Origin: Paraspadella gotoi | Lineage: Eukaryota > Animalia > Chaetognatha | Assembly: GCA_051294375.1 (NCBI GenBank) | Contig: CM119267.1 | Span: 14,067,694-14,131,693, forward strand | Length of the DNA stretch: 64,000 nt | Direction: 5' to 3' | Shown: positions 14,165 through 27,778 of the stretch, in pieces | How positions within the stretch are numbered: position 1 is the first letter of the stretch | Layout of the letters: every line of letters starts with the position of its first letter | Notes under the pieces: model-generated | Seen by the model: the letters and a program-made list of their open reading frames with translations, nothing else | What the model was told of the DNA's origin: nothing | Database searches by the model: none | Translations under genes and position numbers: made by a program

Positions 14165-15131
14165 CTGGGAGGAGAAATGAGACAGAATAAAAAACTGAAA
14201 TACTGAAAATTGCGACAACAATTCATTTTCAAGTGGGACACAACGAGTTGATATCAGGATTCTGCCTTGTCCGTTTCTCCGCAAAGAAAAGAACCGAAAG
14301 AAGATACTGATCATTATTATTTTTAACGTTTGAAACGTCGCGCGAGAGAGAGAATTGTGCCTCGCGAAAAACCGAACGTTAAACGCTTTTAACACAGCGT
14401 TGGTGGTTTAATATTAAAGTCTTTTTAATCTCACGTTTTTAACTTTTTGACGTCGAAATTTTACCCATTATTTATAGAATTAATTAATGAATTAATTTCA
14501 CGCTTCTTTTATTTCCATTCTTCGTCGCCATTTTACAATTCGTTGATGAATAAACTTACCAACCAGTTCCAAAATCTTAACGTCCTTTAAGAAACCAAAA
14601 GTCAGTCAGCAAATAAGTAAACGAATCTAGAGAGTCACAATCAATATATATTAAAGGGCTCTACTTGGAAAAAACCCTCAAAGTCCCAGGGTCCAAAGTC
14701 GGGGGCAAAATAGCTTATTGATTGCACGAATGGATAATTTTTAATTTTTAATGTAACAAAAACCTCGATGCCCAAGAGCTTAAGTTCGGTCGTCAAGTGA
14801 TCTTTAGCTTCTCTCAACCGCATCAAATTGATGGAGAAGAACTTCTCCAGCCATTCCTCGTCCGAGATCAGCCAGTTGAGCAAGAGTTGCGTCGGCGCCG
14901 GAGTCATGTAGAACGTCCCGATCAAAGTATTCGCCTTTATCATCGCTTTGTTCCAGCTGAAAAGTAAAATGGCCGAAAAATGAGCTAATTTTGAGTAATT
15001 TTCAAAACCTATTTATAAAATGTATTAATTATATTAAATGAAGTTAGAGAAATTAAAAATATTGTCACTAACGGACGTACGGAGAGAAAAGAGAAGAGCG
15101 GTGAGACGCAGTGGGGAGAGATGGTGGGAGG

Positions 15132-15200
<69 letters not shown>

Positions 15201-17775
15201 AGAGAGAGAGAGAGAGAGAGAACCTGTAAAGGACCCCGGAACGGAACCCCGAGAGGCAAAAGTCTTTGCTGAAGGACCAGATAAGATGGACTCGTGAAGG
15301 ATCCGGCAAGATGCGACTCATGGAAGCCACGCTGTGGAACGAGTCGTGGTTGGAAGTCACCGACATGGCGTAGACCTGGAGGTAACATTGAGATTCTGGA
15401 TTAATAAACTTTTGTACTTCCAGATCTTGAATAGTTCTGTAGGTGGCGCGTAAGAAGCTCAGCTCGGCGTGGAGGCGCCACCTAACGCATTAAGAGGATT
15501 GGCGTCGGGCCGGAAGTGGCGCAGACGCTGACGTCCGTGGTAATCAAAGTTTATTGTAAACTTCAGATAAAAGTTCCAAAACCAATTTTGCTTGGTTCGT
15601 AGTAAAAGATAACCTTAATAAAATAATCAAAGCATATTGATATTCCATGTGCTTACCAGCATATGCGCAAGCAACAAGTAATAAATTAAATTAATTAAGC
15701 AATTAATAAACAAATTAATAAAGACTATGTAACAATGATAAATTAATAACAAGCTTGTTTGAGTTAAATGATTGTCTTTGAAATGCCTTTGGAAAACCAA
15801 TGGCAATGGAGCAAAACAGATGACTTTGTTAAACCGGTTGTTCCTTTGTTTTCGTCTGACAAAAGACTCTGGTTGGACTCTGGTTGGACCTTGGCTTAGG
15901 GCCAGAGGGTCCCGAGTTTCAAACCCACAGTTCTATAAAAAATTGATTAAAAGTCATATATATTCGAGCCATGAAAAAATATATAACATACTACAATTAC
16001 CTCATCAAAAATGACATGAAGATTTCTCTGATTGGCAAAGTCCAAAACTTGAAGAATTGCCCGGCGAGAAATACAGTTGCCAATCGGATTTCCGGGATTG
16101 GTGAGGAAAATTCCCTTGATCTTTAGGCCTTGAGCTTCTGCCTTGTCGAACGAGACTCGTAACTTACTCGTGAGCGAGGACAGATTTTCTTCCTAAATTT
16201 GGTAAACGTACATATTTCATGGAATATAAGCTAAATATAATTTTAACACGTGTAGTGATTTATACCAAAAATAATGGGAGAAAGAGAGATTTTCAAACTA
16301 GAAGAAAATTAATGTAAAATCGGATACAGCGCTAAGCACGCTTCCTGCGGCCTATATGACCTTTTAGTTAAAGTAAAAAATGTTCTTTATTCGGTCAAAA
16401 AAAATTACAACAAAAAATAAAAATAAGGAGAGACGTAGAAGATTGAAAGTAACGAATTCCACAACAACTGTCAATGCTACATGGTACATTAATTATTAAA
16501 CAACAGATTGCACAGAGAAAAGAAGAAGGGGAAAAATTATTTGAAAGGAGAGAGAGCCGGAATTGAAGGAAAATAAAAATAATTGTCGTAAAAAAAACTA
16601 AATACTGTAGAAGACGATGCCGCGAGCAGTTCACCGTCCGTTGCACACAAGGTACCGAACTTCGGACGGGCCTGTAGTTCGTTAGTACAGACGCCCCGTC
16701 GCGCTTTCATGTGAGAATCATCAGGGCGCGAACTCGAGACCTTTGGGTTAGGAAGAGTTCTTGCTACCTCCGGCGTCATAGGGGCTGCTAATTCTCGGTC
16801 TAGTAACGGGGTATGAAATACTACCGCTACAATACCGAAGATATATGAAAACAAAAATAGAAAAAACAGAAGGAAAAAGAGGTATGTAGATAGAGAAAAA
16901 TAAAATCACATTGTAATTTTAACATTCAAGGTGCTTAAAATTTGTTTATATCACCAAGAGAATTACATAAACATATTTCACCTCCTCTCTCTCCGACTCC
17001 GGCGTCGGCGACATGAGCTCATCGGCCAAATCAACGGGCACGGTTTTGACCCTTGCCCGTTCGGCCAAGTCGTTTTCGATCCGGGCGTAGAAGGGCGCAG
17101 GGACCAAGAAGGCGTCGCCCTCTTCCGCCAAAGTCTGGGCGAGGAAATCGATGACGGTGGCGGATCTGTTGGGACAACATTGTTTTTATTTGATTGTGTT
17201 TTGACTGTGATCAAAAAGCTTTTCCTCTCGCTCTTTCGGATTTAAGAACACCTTTTAAAGTTAGTTTTCAAAAAAAATAATCTTTAAATTTTTTTGGTCA
17301 ATGCAAGAGACAACGCCTGTTAAATTACCCGTTTACGATGAAGATACGTTCGGGATCCAACGGTTCGTCGGCTCTCAACTTTCGAGTCAAAAACGACGCC
17401 AAATTGTGACGAAAGTGAGGCAAGCCGGGGAAATCAAAGTAGAAAAAACCGAGTTGGTCACTCAGGACGCTTGGCGGGAGATGTGATAATCTGAGAGAGT
17501 TAGACTAAATCATAAGATTTATTTTTCATTAGTAAGCATTTTCGTTTTATTTTTAGTCGTTTAAAATTTCAAGCTTACCTCTCGCTGAGCACATCTACCA
17601 TTAGTCGGTTTTCCGAAGTTCCAAGGTTGACAATTCCAGAGGGATTCGTCTTGGGACAGTAAGGATTCCGCCGCCAGACCATACCATGTTCCGAGAGATG
17701 GCCAGAGTAGCATGGGGCAGTCCTATCCAACAATCGTCGAGAAAGGATGTTGGACTCGTGTGTGTCGTCAACCAT
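13892..17775 (-). CDS. ACCS: 1-aminocyclopropane-1-carboxylate synthase-like protein (PLP-dependent class I/II aminotransferase fold), 7 exons, 450 aa
   Basis: GT-AG exons 17775-17579, 17490-17329, 17165-16982, 16192-16001, 15375-15224, 14956-14764, 14164-13892 splice in frame (1353 nt including stop). Motifs NPSGIVNLGTSENRL, AFLVPAPFY, TNPGNPIG, HVIFDEVY, WSFSKDFCLSGFRSG (PLP lysine), AGLFLWVNFR and EPGWARIIFS are collinear with animal ACCS and plant ACS. Confidence 0.95.
14764..14956 (-). CDS. ACCS: ACCS exon 6
   Basis: ttttcag| WNKAMIKANTLIGTFYMTPAPTQLLLNWLISDEEWLEKFFSINLMRLREAKDHLTTELKLLGIE |gttttt. Confidence 0.92.
15224..15375 (-). CDS. ACCS: ACCS exon 5 (contains the PLP-binding lysine)
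   Basis: ccag| VYAMSVT...LPDPSRVHLIWSFSKDFCLSGFRSGVLY |gttctc. Confidence 0.93.
15866..15927 (+). pseudogene. tRNA-Pro-like remnant or SINE head in ACCS intron 4
   Basis: cttagggccagagggtcccgagtttcaaaccc resembles the anticodon-to-T-arm of tRNA-Pro(AGG); D-arm and acceptor stem are not intact. Confidence 0.35.
16001..16192 (-). CDS. ACCS: ACCS exon 4
   Basis: tttag| EENLSSLTSKLRVSFDKAEAQGLKIKGIFLTNPGNPIGNCISRRAILQVLDFANQRNLHVIFDE |gtaatt. Confidence 0.93.
16600..16785 (-). mobile_element. Putative tRNA-derived SINE in ACCS intron 3
   Basis: Minus strand gcccctaTGACGCCGGAGGtagc...taacccaaaggtctcGAGTTCGCGCC gives A-box-like and B-box-like motifs at tRNA spacing, followed by a GC-rich body within an AT-rich intron. 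Confidence 0.45.
16982..17165 (-). CDS. ACCS: ACCS exon 3
   Basis: caacag| SATVIDFLAQTLAEEGDAFLVPAPFYARIENDLAERARVKTVPVDL...EREE |gtgaaa. Confidence 0.92.
17329..17490 (-). CDS. ACCS: ACCS exon 2
   Basis: ctctcag| LSHLPPSVLSDQLGFFYFDFPGLPHFRHNLASFLTRKLRADEPLDPERIFIVNG |gtaatt. Confidence 0.92.
17579..17775 (-). CDS. ACCS: ACCS exon 1
   Basis: MVDD...NPSGIVNLGTSENRLMVDVLSE, donor AG|GTAAGC; an additional upstream exon cannot be excluded. Confidence 0.9.
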
Positions 17776-19389
17776 ATTGTTCTATTTTTTTTTTTTTTTT
17801 ACTTTTTCAAGAAGTGTTTAATCGTTTGGAGTTTTGTAATGACCTTTGTGACAAAACTGGCGAAAAAAAGGCTGAAGTAAAATTAAAAAGAAAACGGTTA
17901 TATTTTCTCGAAATGTCTACTTAATACTAAACAAAGTACATAAAAGAAACGAGTATGACGACGATGGTAAATAACCATTGGTTATGAAGGAGGGCTAAGT
18001 TATATGAACAATGAGCATTTAATACAATGAACAACAGAATTACAGAAACAAGAATAATTTTAATCGTGAACGAGAAGTGTCGATTCGGCCGAGATGTCGG
18101 CTTTAATATTTATCCTCACTCCTCACAATTCGAAGAATCGTCCTCCACACGAAAGAGAAAAAGTGGTTTAAGATAGAAGAGTTCATTGAGCGAACCAGTA
18201 GCCACGACGAATAGATCAGGCGACAGGATTCTCCCACAGAACCAAGCCCACTAGATAATTTAAAAGTAGCCAAAAAAATTGAATTATAATTATAATTATA
18301 ATTATAACGGGTTTAATAATCATACAAAAAAAGTGAGGGATTGTGACGATGAAGTAAAAAAGAAGGATCCACTTTTATCATCGCCCTGAACCAACTTGAC
18401 CTTACAGTCTCCTCGGCTCTTATTGCATTGTCCGGTCAATCTAAGGTCATTGCCAACGCTAGGGCAAAGTGACCGTGGGGAATGACCGGCTCGGAGAAAG
18501 AGGAGAGAGGAAGGGTTTAGAGAGAGAGACCGATCGTAAGTCGCCTCAACAGCAACTTTGGATCAATTGAAGTTAGGCAAAAACAAGTTTAATATTTCAG
18601 TTAGTTCCTCTCGTTTAAACTCGGTTCATGGTAAAAGTGAAATTTAATTTATTTACTTCGACAAGTGTTTTTTTCTCAAACGGAACGTGAGTCATGCTAA
18701 GATAGTACGAAGATCTGCATCATGCATGGTGACTGTGAGGGATACGAGTGTGACAGTGAAAACTGTGCCACGTTCTCATGGTCAAACTTCTCTGGGTGTG
18801 GATGATCTTAACCGTAGTTATCCACGTCGTCGCCGTCGCGTCTTCTTTGTATTTGTCGCGATTATTTCAGTCGCCTAAACGAAACGTTAGAAACTTTAAA
18901 AAATCAAAGAACTAAACATTTTCATCGCCACGTGATACGATGAATGAATGCCTAACTTTTACTAATTTTTAATATTCGTTACTAATTTTGATCTTCCTGA
19001 TAAAAACAATAAAAACAATAAAAACAATATTATATTATATTATATTATATTATATTATATTATATTTAATTAAAAATGATATATTATATTATATTATATA
19101 TATTATATTATATTATATTTAATTAAAAATGAAATCGAAAACTGTCTTTTCTGATTTTGTCCTAACCCTTTCCTTGGGCACCCTTGGGCACCCTTGACTT
19201 GGGCACCTATTAATTTTCGTTCGCAGATTTTCGTGTGACCCATTTTCATTTACCAATTATTCTCTCATCCCTATGACTATGTTCATTGTTCAAAGTCCAT
19301 TCCGTTTTCTTTCTTTCTCGTTCCACTCTAATCCCTTCTTATCGATCTCATTCAATCGGCGTTTTCTCCGGTACCACTTTCTCAGTTTT

Positions 19390-19482
19390 TCCACCTCTCC
19401 CACCTGTCCTACCTCTTCCACCTCTCCCACCTCTCCCACCTGTCATACCTCTCCCACTTCTCCCACCTCTCCCACACCTCCC
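19390..19482. repeat. 9-bp degenerate tandem repeat (CCCACCTCT)n, also at about 26757-26848
   Basis: About 10 units are visible; they produce the TSPTSP/PPLPPL pseudo-ORFs in the track. Confidence 0.85.
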
Positions 19483-20371
19483 CGACCGCTGCAATCCAGA
19501 GTTCGATTTTTATTGCGAGGAGGAAGTTTGTTTTTCGCGAGAGAAAATGTTTACCTCTCTTTTATGACGCTTCAGAGACGATCGAGAAAAAGCTATCCTT
19601 TTTTTTTCGTTGAGAGAAGTGGGAGGTGAGGCGAACAAGCGGTTACATCCGGGGATTAAGACGGGGAGGGGGATGGAAAGTAAGTAACGAACGGGTAAAT
19701 ATAGTATCAAACGGTGGGTTCTTGATTATAAACTGTTTAACTCTGCTTTATGATGCGCGAGAGACTTGGAATGAATTCTTGTTTTTTATTGTACAGGGTA
19801 CGAAGTAATTGGTTGGTGATAGGAATAGGGTAATAAAAAATGAAAAAAGACAGAGTAGGGAGCTGGTGTTGGGTGTTGGAGTGGAGAGCTGGAATGGGGA
19901 GCTAGTCTACGGGTTGATTGTCGACAAGGGCGCTGACAGTAAAGAGACCAATTTCTTACCGACAGAATCGCTGTACTGACTTTTCGTAACTCCTCTGAAT
20001 TAAGCGGTGCCGATTTTTCATTGGCGCAGCTCAGGAAACCAACGCTGCCAAAGCTTTATCTTAATAGGCTTCAGATCTTACATCGGTTGTACCAATTTTT
20101 CATAATATATAAAAGATTGTTTATTATAATTTATTATTATTGATTTCTTCAAAAAAAGGAAACGATGTCTATGAAAAGAGTATTAAACATCGGCTAAAAA
20201 AGGTATAATTAAGCTGAAAAAAGCTACTCGAGCCCCGAATCCCGTCGAAGGGTATTCTTTTAAGGGGATGCGGACGGAAAGAAGAAGAGAGTCTATGAGC
20301 TCGTGAAAAATGGCCGCTGATCTCCATCACCCCTGCTCCCCTTAAGAAATGGCGGCGGGGCTAAAAAGGCG

Positions 20372-20426
<55 letters not shown>

Positions 20427-21894
20427 TACTCGCTTGGCCGATGGTTTTTCGCAATGACCAAACCCATCTCGCTCCCCATTGAAAAGCGTCTGCTTTCTCT
20501 CGACGAGTCTAGTAGACGTTTTATTACTGCTTTTTTTTTAGTCGCATTTGGCGACTCTTTAAGACGCCTTTTCCATTAGACGGTCTTTTTAAAAAAAAAT
20601 GTAATGATATTTTTTCATTGGAACCGTCTTATAAATGACCCAGATTTAGTTAAAAAATTTACTCAGAGACTATAGAATTTAATATTAATACCTAAACTTT
20701 AAATGATTGAATACATATATCATAAAACATTTTTAAGAACTATAATTATAAAGGAAGAAGCATTAAAAAGACGCGACTGCTGGACTCACTAAGCGGGTTT
20801 TTTTCTTTTTCTCTCTGCTCTCATTAGTCTGACTTTTTTCCTGTTAGTTTTCCTTGAGTTTTCCTTTCCATCTTAGGCTGAAAATCTTCTTGACTTTTCT
20901 TACCTAGATTCCTCTTTTTTTCTCATACAATTTTTACTTTTACTCTTTTTTCTTTTGCTTTTCCTTTTATTCTTCCTTTGACTTATTTTTAATTCTTTTC
21001 CCCTCCGTTTCTTTTTCTTTTTTTTTCTAGCGAATTTCCTCATTCAACAGCTGAGTTAATGACTTTCCTTTTGTAACCAGAATTAGGAAGACGACGACGA
21101 AGACGACGACGATAACGAAGACGACGATGGATGAGCCGTCTATGCAGACGACGACGACGACTACCCAGAGTTTGCTGATTATGGAGAAAAGATCAGAGAT
21201 GACTGGTGTCTGGTGTACTATGCAAGACAGAGAGTGAGAGAGAGAGACAGAGAGAGAGAGAAAGAGAGAGAAAAAGAGAGAAAGAGAAAAAGAGAGAGAC
21301 ATTGGTTAAAAAAAAGTGTTCTGCTCTAACTAAATCCACTCACTGTTGCGCTGAGACTCGTGAACGCCTCAAGTTATCGAGATGCCCGAGTCACGGCGGC
21401 GAGCGGCGTCGGGAGGCGTCGGGCGTCGTGGGGCATCGTGAGAAGCTGCGACGCGGAATGAAGCCCTGACTTTTGTGTCGTCCTCATTTTTGATGGGTTC
21501 CTTTTCATCAATTAAGTTGTACTCGTCATCTTTGTCTCCTTTCGACACGATATCGTTCTTAAATTCTCGGTAGTACTCGACATTTCGTTTTTACTTTGAC
21601 TTTCGTTATCATCCCTCAGCTTGTTAAATCTTCACAGTCTGTTCTATCTTTTATAAATTCGTCGTGCTCTTCGTCTTTTTCGTCGTCAAATTGTCATAAT
21701 CTACGCTTTATATTCGCTTTATCTTCGCTCTATCCCATCACGGGCCTCTTATTCTTCCTCATCAATCATCAAACTACTTTAAATCTTAATTGTTTACATA
21801 ATATTAGTCTTCTTGTTCTTATTAGTCCTCGCTCGTCTTCTTCTCCTTTCGAGAATCGTCGCCATTTTTTTTCTCATCGTCTTCCACTACTTAG

Positions 21895-22364
21895 ACTCAA
21901 AACTGGTTTTCCACATCTTCGTCCTCCTCCTCCTCTTCCTCCTCCTCCTCCCGTCCTCCGGCGTCTCCCGAAATCCCAAGGGTCCGATCCATATGGATAA
22001 CGATCCCGACGGTCGCCACCGATTAGTTCGATATGGAGCAGAAGAAGATTTTTTTGGTTCCAACGCCATCCGGGATTTTCTTCGCTATCCGTACTACACC
22101 GAGAAGTTGCCGAATCAGATGAAAAAAAAAAATCAAGATTTCCGAAAGCCGATTGGAGTCGATTCGGATGCACACTCTTTGCGTAACCCCCGGATGCTCG
22201 GATGCCCGGATCAAACCCAACGGGCCGAGTCCGACAGATGGCTTCTGATAACCAAAACAAATGACTTAATGATGGCGGAAGGGGGGCGAAGCGAAAGACT
22301 AAAATATTCGGAAGAAAAGAAAAGGAAAAAAGAGACGGAGAAAACGAATGGGATCGAGTTGTAG
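21895..22364 (+). CDS. Possible exon of a secreted protein (signal-peptide-like start), duplicated at about 29250-29717
   Basis: After acttag| the frame reads SKLVFHIFVLLLLFLLLLPSSGVS and stays open for ~130 hydrophilic residues with basic clusters. No in-frame ATG precedes the hydrophobic stretch, which overlaps a (CCT)n tract. Confidence 0.25.
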
Positions 22365-25300
22365 AGAAAGGAGGAACGAGAATGGGATGAAGGAAATGAG
22401 AAATGGAGGTGTTGTAGAGAGAAGATGGCCTAAGAAGAATAAAAGAGAGAGAGAAAAAAAGTTAAGAAGATTCCTCCTCCCAAAACATACGAAGCTACGT
22501 ATAGAGGTCGCTCTTTCATTCCCCAAGAATTTAAACAAATGAACTGGGCTCGACGAAAGACGGATGTCGGCGAACGGTGAAGGAAAAAGGAGAAAAAGGG
22601 CGGGAAGCAAATGGCGGGAAAAATAATCGGGAATATATTCACAAAGTCGGGGCCGCGTTTACTGAGCGAAGCGAGAATAACGCGCATAAAACTGTCGACG
22701 AACGCGGCTACAAATTTGGTTATCCGGTGCTAAAAAAGACTTTTTCCGACTCATTAAAACACCATCGAATACCATTCATTTTCCTTTTTTTTTTCTTCAT
22801 CTACCGGCATCTCTCAGACGAGAAAAAAAAGAGCAACCTTCCGTCAAGCCTTTCAAAATTTCAAGACTATCAACGATTTAAACTCATCGACGCTTTTAAA
22901 TATCTTCTTGACCCCAATTTTTTTTTACTCTTTCACTCCTTCACCCTCTCCTGACACACCCTGTCTTCGGCATAACAAAGACATTTAAAGTTAACACGGC
23001 AAGCACTTGTTGACTTTATAGACGCTTTACGGTTGCCCTTGGGGATTTAGAGGGGGGGCGGGAGTGGCGGGTGTGAAAGGGGTGTCGGGGCGGCGGAACG
23101 AGGTAGTGGTGATTGATGGAGTGATATTTGCTGAATGAATATAAATTGTGGGTAGTTGTGATACCGGCTGTGGTTGACTACTGAGGCGGAGACCCAAATG
23201 GTGGTTGTGGTTCTCTTAAATGATCAGGGCGGATGCGACAAAGCAAGGCGATTCTGCTTTAAAGCTGGTGGCGCTGGTGGCGTCGGTGGCGCTGGTGGCA
23301 TCGAGCAGGAGGCGCGGCTGCGCCATTAAGGACGAATGTTTGGCTGACTTTGAATAGATTTTGCATAAAAAGCGCGACAACAAATTTTTTTTCTCTCTCT
23401 CTCTGTCTCTCTCTCTCTCTCTCTAGTTCCCCTTTTTAGTGAGCCGAGGAAAAGATGGAGAGAATCACTATCATTATCGAAGGACTGACAAGGATGGAAA
23501 AAGAAAGAAAATCGCATACGCAGTATTCCTTTTTACAAATTTAACTTATGTTAAATAGTAAAAAAGATTCTCATTTGAAAGATCTTACTAAGTTAATGTT
23601 TCTATCAGTCTATCGGTGACTGTTTTTAATAAACGGAAATCGCAAACGTCACTAGTGACAAGACAGTGACTCTTTCGCCGTTCGTAGTGACGCGGGAGAG
23701 AATCGCGGTTGGTGAAGCCAACTTGAAATCGAATCGTTTTCTCTGGCAGAAGATTTTTTTCTCCTTTTTCGCTTTTTTTTCTCGCATTTGATGGTTTATG
23801 CACGAAAAGCTCTTTCCTTCCTTTCTTTTTCCCCATGCGCTTCACGGAAAACAAGACCGGAATAGTTCCGATTTCTTGATTGTTTTCTATTTGAACAATT
23901 TTTCTTTCTTCAGTTTCGTTTTTAGTTAAAAATAGCCAAAATCAACTACTACCGCTTTTTACAGACTTCGTCAAACTCGTTTTATAGTAAATTATACGCG
24001 ATTTAATAAAAAGAAAACAAATTAATCGAATTCTTTATTTTTTTTAATTTTTAATTTGACTTTTTTTTTCTTCTTACTTCTGAGACAACCTTATTTTTTC
24101 ACAACACGAGTTGTAAACGTTAGTGTATTTTGTTTTATATATCAGTTAAACAGTGTCATCTATAATTCCAAACTAAAAAACGTTACTTAAAAAAAAACAA
24201 AATGCAAGCGGTCTTTCGTCATCATACCATTGACTTTGCTTCAGCCATAATAAATACTTTGGCCGAAATTAGGACCTTATGCTATTTTTCAGTAAAAATA
24301 AACTTAAAGCTCGACTTACTCACTCGATAAGTTAAAATAGCAGTCAAAACGAATTTAACGTGATTAAACAGTTAAAACACACGATGACTCAGAAGGAAAG
24401 CTAATTTGCAAAAATATTTATTGAATTTTTTTCTAGATTCGCTCATATTTTTTATTCAATAAATTTTTACACGAGTCATTTAGTTTTATTTTGAAAAGAA
24501 TTTCATTACATACAAACCGCTTCTGAAATAATGAACGAAAAATATTTTTTTTAATTTTTGGGATTGCTTTTACTATTTTAACTTAAAAAAATTGATCGTC
24601 GCCGAGCTTTTTTCAAGTCTGGTTCAACTTGTATTTTGACGGATTCATTCGGAAAGTAAATCTGAAAAGTGCTCTCCGAGATAAGAATTGTTTGTCCTCA
24701 AAATATTCGCCTATTTGATTTCCTTAAAAAATCGATTTGCGTTTTTTGCACTTTTATTTTCTAATTCTATGCGGTATTTAGGGTCATTTATTTTGTAAAA
24801 CTGAACTGACCCCAATTGCAATTACGTGAACATAGTTTCAAGAAAAAACCTATAAAACACTCGATGCCTCTTTCAAGTTGATTCGTTATTCTTTGAGTTT
24901 GAGTTTGAGTTTGAGTTTCAGTTTCAGTTTGACCGTAAGGTTTTTTTTATAATTTTCTTTTAATTTTGTGGGTTTTTTTTAAACCACTCGCTACAGCGAT
25001 TACCCCCGGAAATGTTTTTGAGATTTTTTTTTATCGAATTAACATTGGCGCCGAAATGTCGGTTAACAGGGATTTGGGAGAAGGGGGAAAGGGGGGGGAA
25101 AGGGGGGGGGAGAAGGCTTTCAAAAGTCAAGCCGCGAGTTTTTTCTTAGTCACTCTTCGTTTATAATTAAAAAAAAAGATTGTTCAATATTAAAAAAAGT
25201 TTTGATTCTAAAATCAAGAAAGGTCTCTTGTAGTCTGTGGACGGCGCTTTGAAAAGAAAGGAAAACACAAAACAAACACAAGCCAGACTCCAAATGAATT

Positions 25301-25436
25301 TTTAAAAAAAGTAGAGTTCGCGGGGGTAAAGGTTTAGCACACAAAACAAAAAAGAAATTAAGAAGGTGCAGTGCCCAGGAAGAATGGATAAAAAAAAAGC
25401 GTCACCATCTTAACTCCATCCTCGCCCCTCTCTATA

Positions 25437-25470
<34 letters not shown>

Positions 25471-25845
25471 CTCTCCTCTCTCATCCTCTCTCTCTCAGAG
25501 ATTCTCGTCTCGTTCTATCTCTCGCTTTAAGCATGCGGCCTAAATAGGAGAAGAGATTGTTGTTCAATCGGGCGTGATCCGTTTTTTGTGATCCTTTTTT
25601 GCGATTTGAAAGATCTTAACTGCCTCTCACTCCGCTTCAATAAAAAAAAAGATTTAGTAGAATCTTCGCCTAACTCGTAATCGACGAACGATTAAAAAAT
25701 AAATGATACCTTTTTTTAATACAAAATATCATCGGCTTTTCATTCACTTCGTTATAATGATTAAGCTTGAAAATATTTTTATTTATGTCATTTTGGGACA
25801 GAATGTTTCCGCCAACGCGGTTTTCCCACTAAATCATTTTGATTA

Positions 25846-25955
<110 letters not shown>

Positions 25956-26200
25956 GACCCCCGCTCCCTTTTAACGACCCTCCCCCGCATCGTCGGCGAC
26001 CTCTTTCCCATCCTCGACTCCGAAAGATTCGATGTTGTTCTTTTGTCTTTTGGCGAACTTCTCGTGTTTGAGCCGCGAAACTATGAAACCCTGAAGCCTC
26101 ACTAAGTTGGCGAATGCATGACATATGATTATTATATGAAAGATATTTCGCTCCCATCAATCATCTGTCACCCTTTAGGATCAAAAGTCATCAAAGAAGG

Positions 26201-26238
<38 letters not shown>

Positions 26239-26252
26239 AAAGAGAAGAGATT

Positions 26253-27734
26253 GAACTTTAAAAAATCAAAAGAACTAAACATTTCATCGCCACGTGATAC
26301 GATGAATGAATGCCTAACTTTTACTAATTTTTAATATTCGTTACTAATTTTGATCTTCCTGATAAAAACAATAAAACACATAAAAACATATTATATTATA
26401 TTATATTATCATTATATATATTATTTAATTTTAAAAATGATATATTATATTATATTATATATATTATATCTATATTATATTTAATTAAAAATGAAATCGA
26501 AAACTGTCTTTTCTGATTTTGTCCTAACCCTTTCCTTGGGCACCCTTGGGCACCCTTTGACTTGGGCACCTATTAATTTTCGCTTCGCAGATTTCGTGTG
26601 ACCCATTTTCATTTACCAATTATTCTCTCATCCCCTATGACTATGTTCATTGTTCAAAGTCCATTCCGTTTTCTTTCTTTCTCGTTCCACTCTAATCCCC
26701 TTCTTATCGATCTCATTCAATCGGCGTTTTCTCTCCGGTACCACTTTCTCAGTTTTTCCACCTCTCCCACCTGTCCTACCTCTTCCACCTCTCCCACCTC
26801 TCCCACCTGTCATACCTCTCCCACTTCTCCCACCTCTCCACACCTCCCCGACCGCTGCAATCCAGAGTTCGATTTTTTATTGCGAGGAGGAAGTTTGTTT
26901 TTCGCGAGAGAAAATGTTTACCTCTCTTTTATGACCTTCAGAGACGATCGAGAAAAAGCTATCCTTTTTTTTCGTTGAGAGAAGTGGGAGGTGAGGCGAA
27001 ACAAGCGGTTACATCCGGGGATTAAGACGGGGAGGGGATGGAAAGTAAGTAACGAACGGGTAAATATAGTATCAAACGGTGGGTTCTTGATTATAAACTG
27101 TTTAACTCTGCTTTATGATGCGCGAGAGACTTGGAATGAAATTCTTGTTTTTTATTGTACAGGGTACGAAGTAATTGGTTGGTGATAGGAATAGGGTAAT
27201 AAAAAATGAAAAAAAGACAGAGTAGGGAGCTGGTGTTGGGTGTTGGAGTGGAGAGCTGGAATGGGAGCTAGTCTACGGGTTGATTGTCGACAAGGGCGCT
27301 GACAGTAAAGAGACCAATTTCTTACCGACAGAATCGCCGTACTGACTTTTCGTAACTCCTCTGAATTAAGCGGTGCCGATTTTTCATTGGCGCAGCTCAG
27401 GAAACCAACGCTGCCAAAGCTTTATCTTAATAGGCTTCAGATCTTACATCGGTTGTACCAATTTTTCATAATATATAAAAGATTGTTTATTATAATTTAT
27501 TATTATGATTTCTTCAAAAAAAGGAAACGATGTCTATGAAAGAGTATTAAACATCGGCTAAAAAAGGTATAATTAAGCTGAAAAAAGCTACTCGAGCCCC
27601 GAATCCCGTCGAAGGGTATTCTTTTAAGGGGATGCGGACGGAAAGAAGAAGAGAGTCTATGAGCTCGTGAAAAATGGCCGCTGATCTCCATCACCCTGCT
27701 CCCCTTAAGAAATGGCGGCGGGGCTAAAAAGGCG

Positions 27735-27778
<44 letters not shown>

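Noticed and set aside
16690-16745. Hammerhead-like CTGATGA...GAAA on the minus strand
   Set aside because: Stem II cannot pair (ttctcacat) and there is no UH cleavage site after stem III; similar partial cores near 34617 and 58776 also fail
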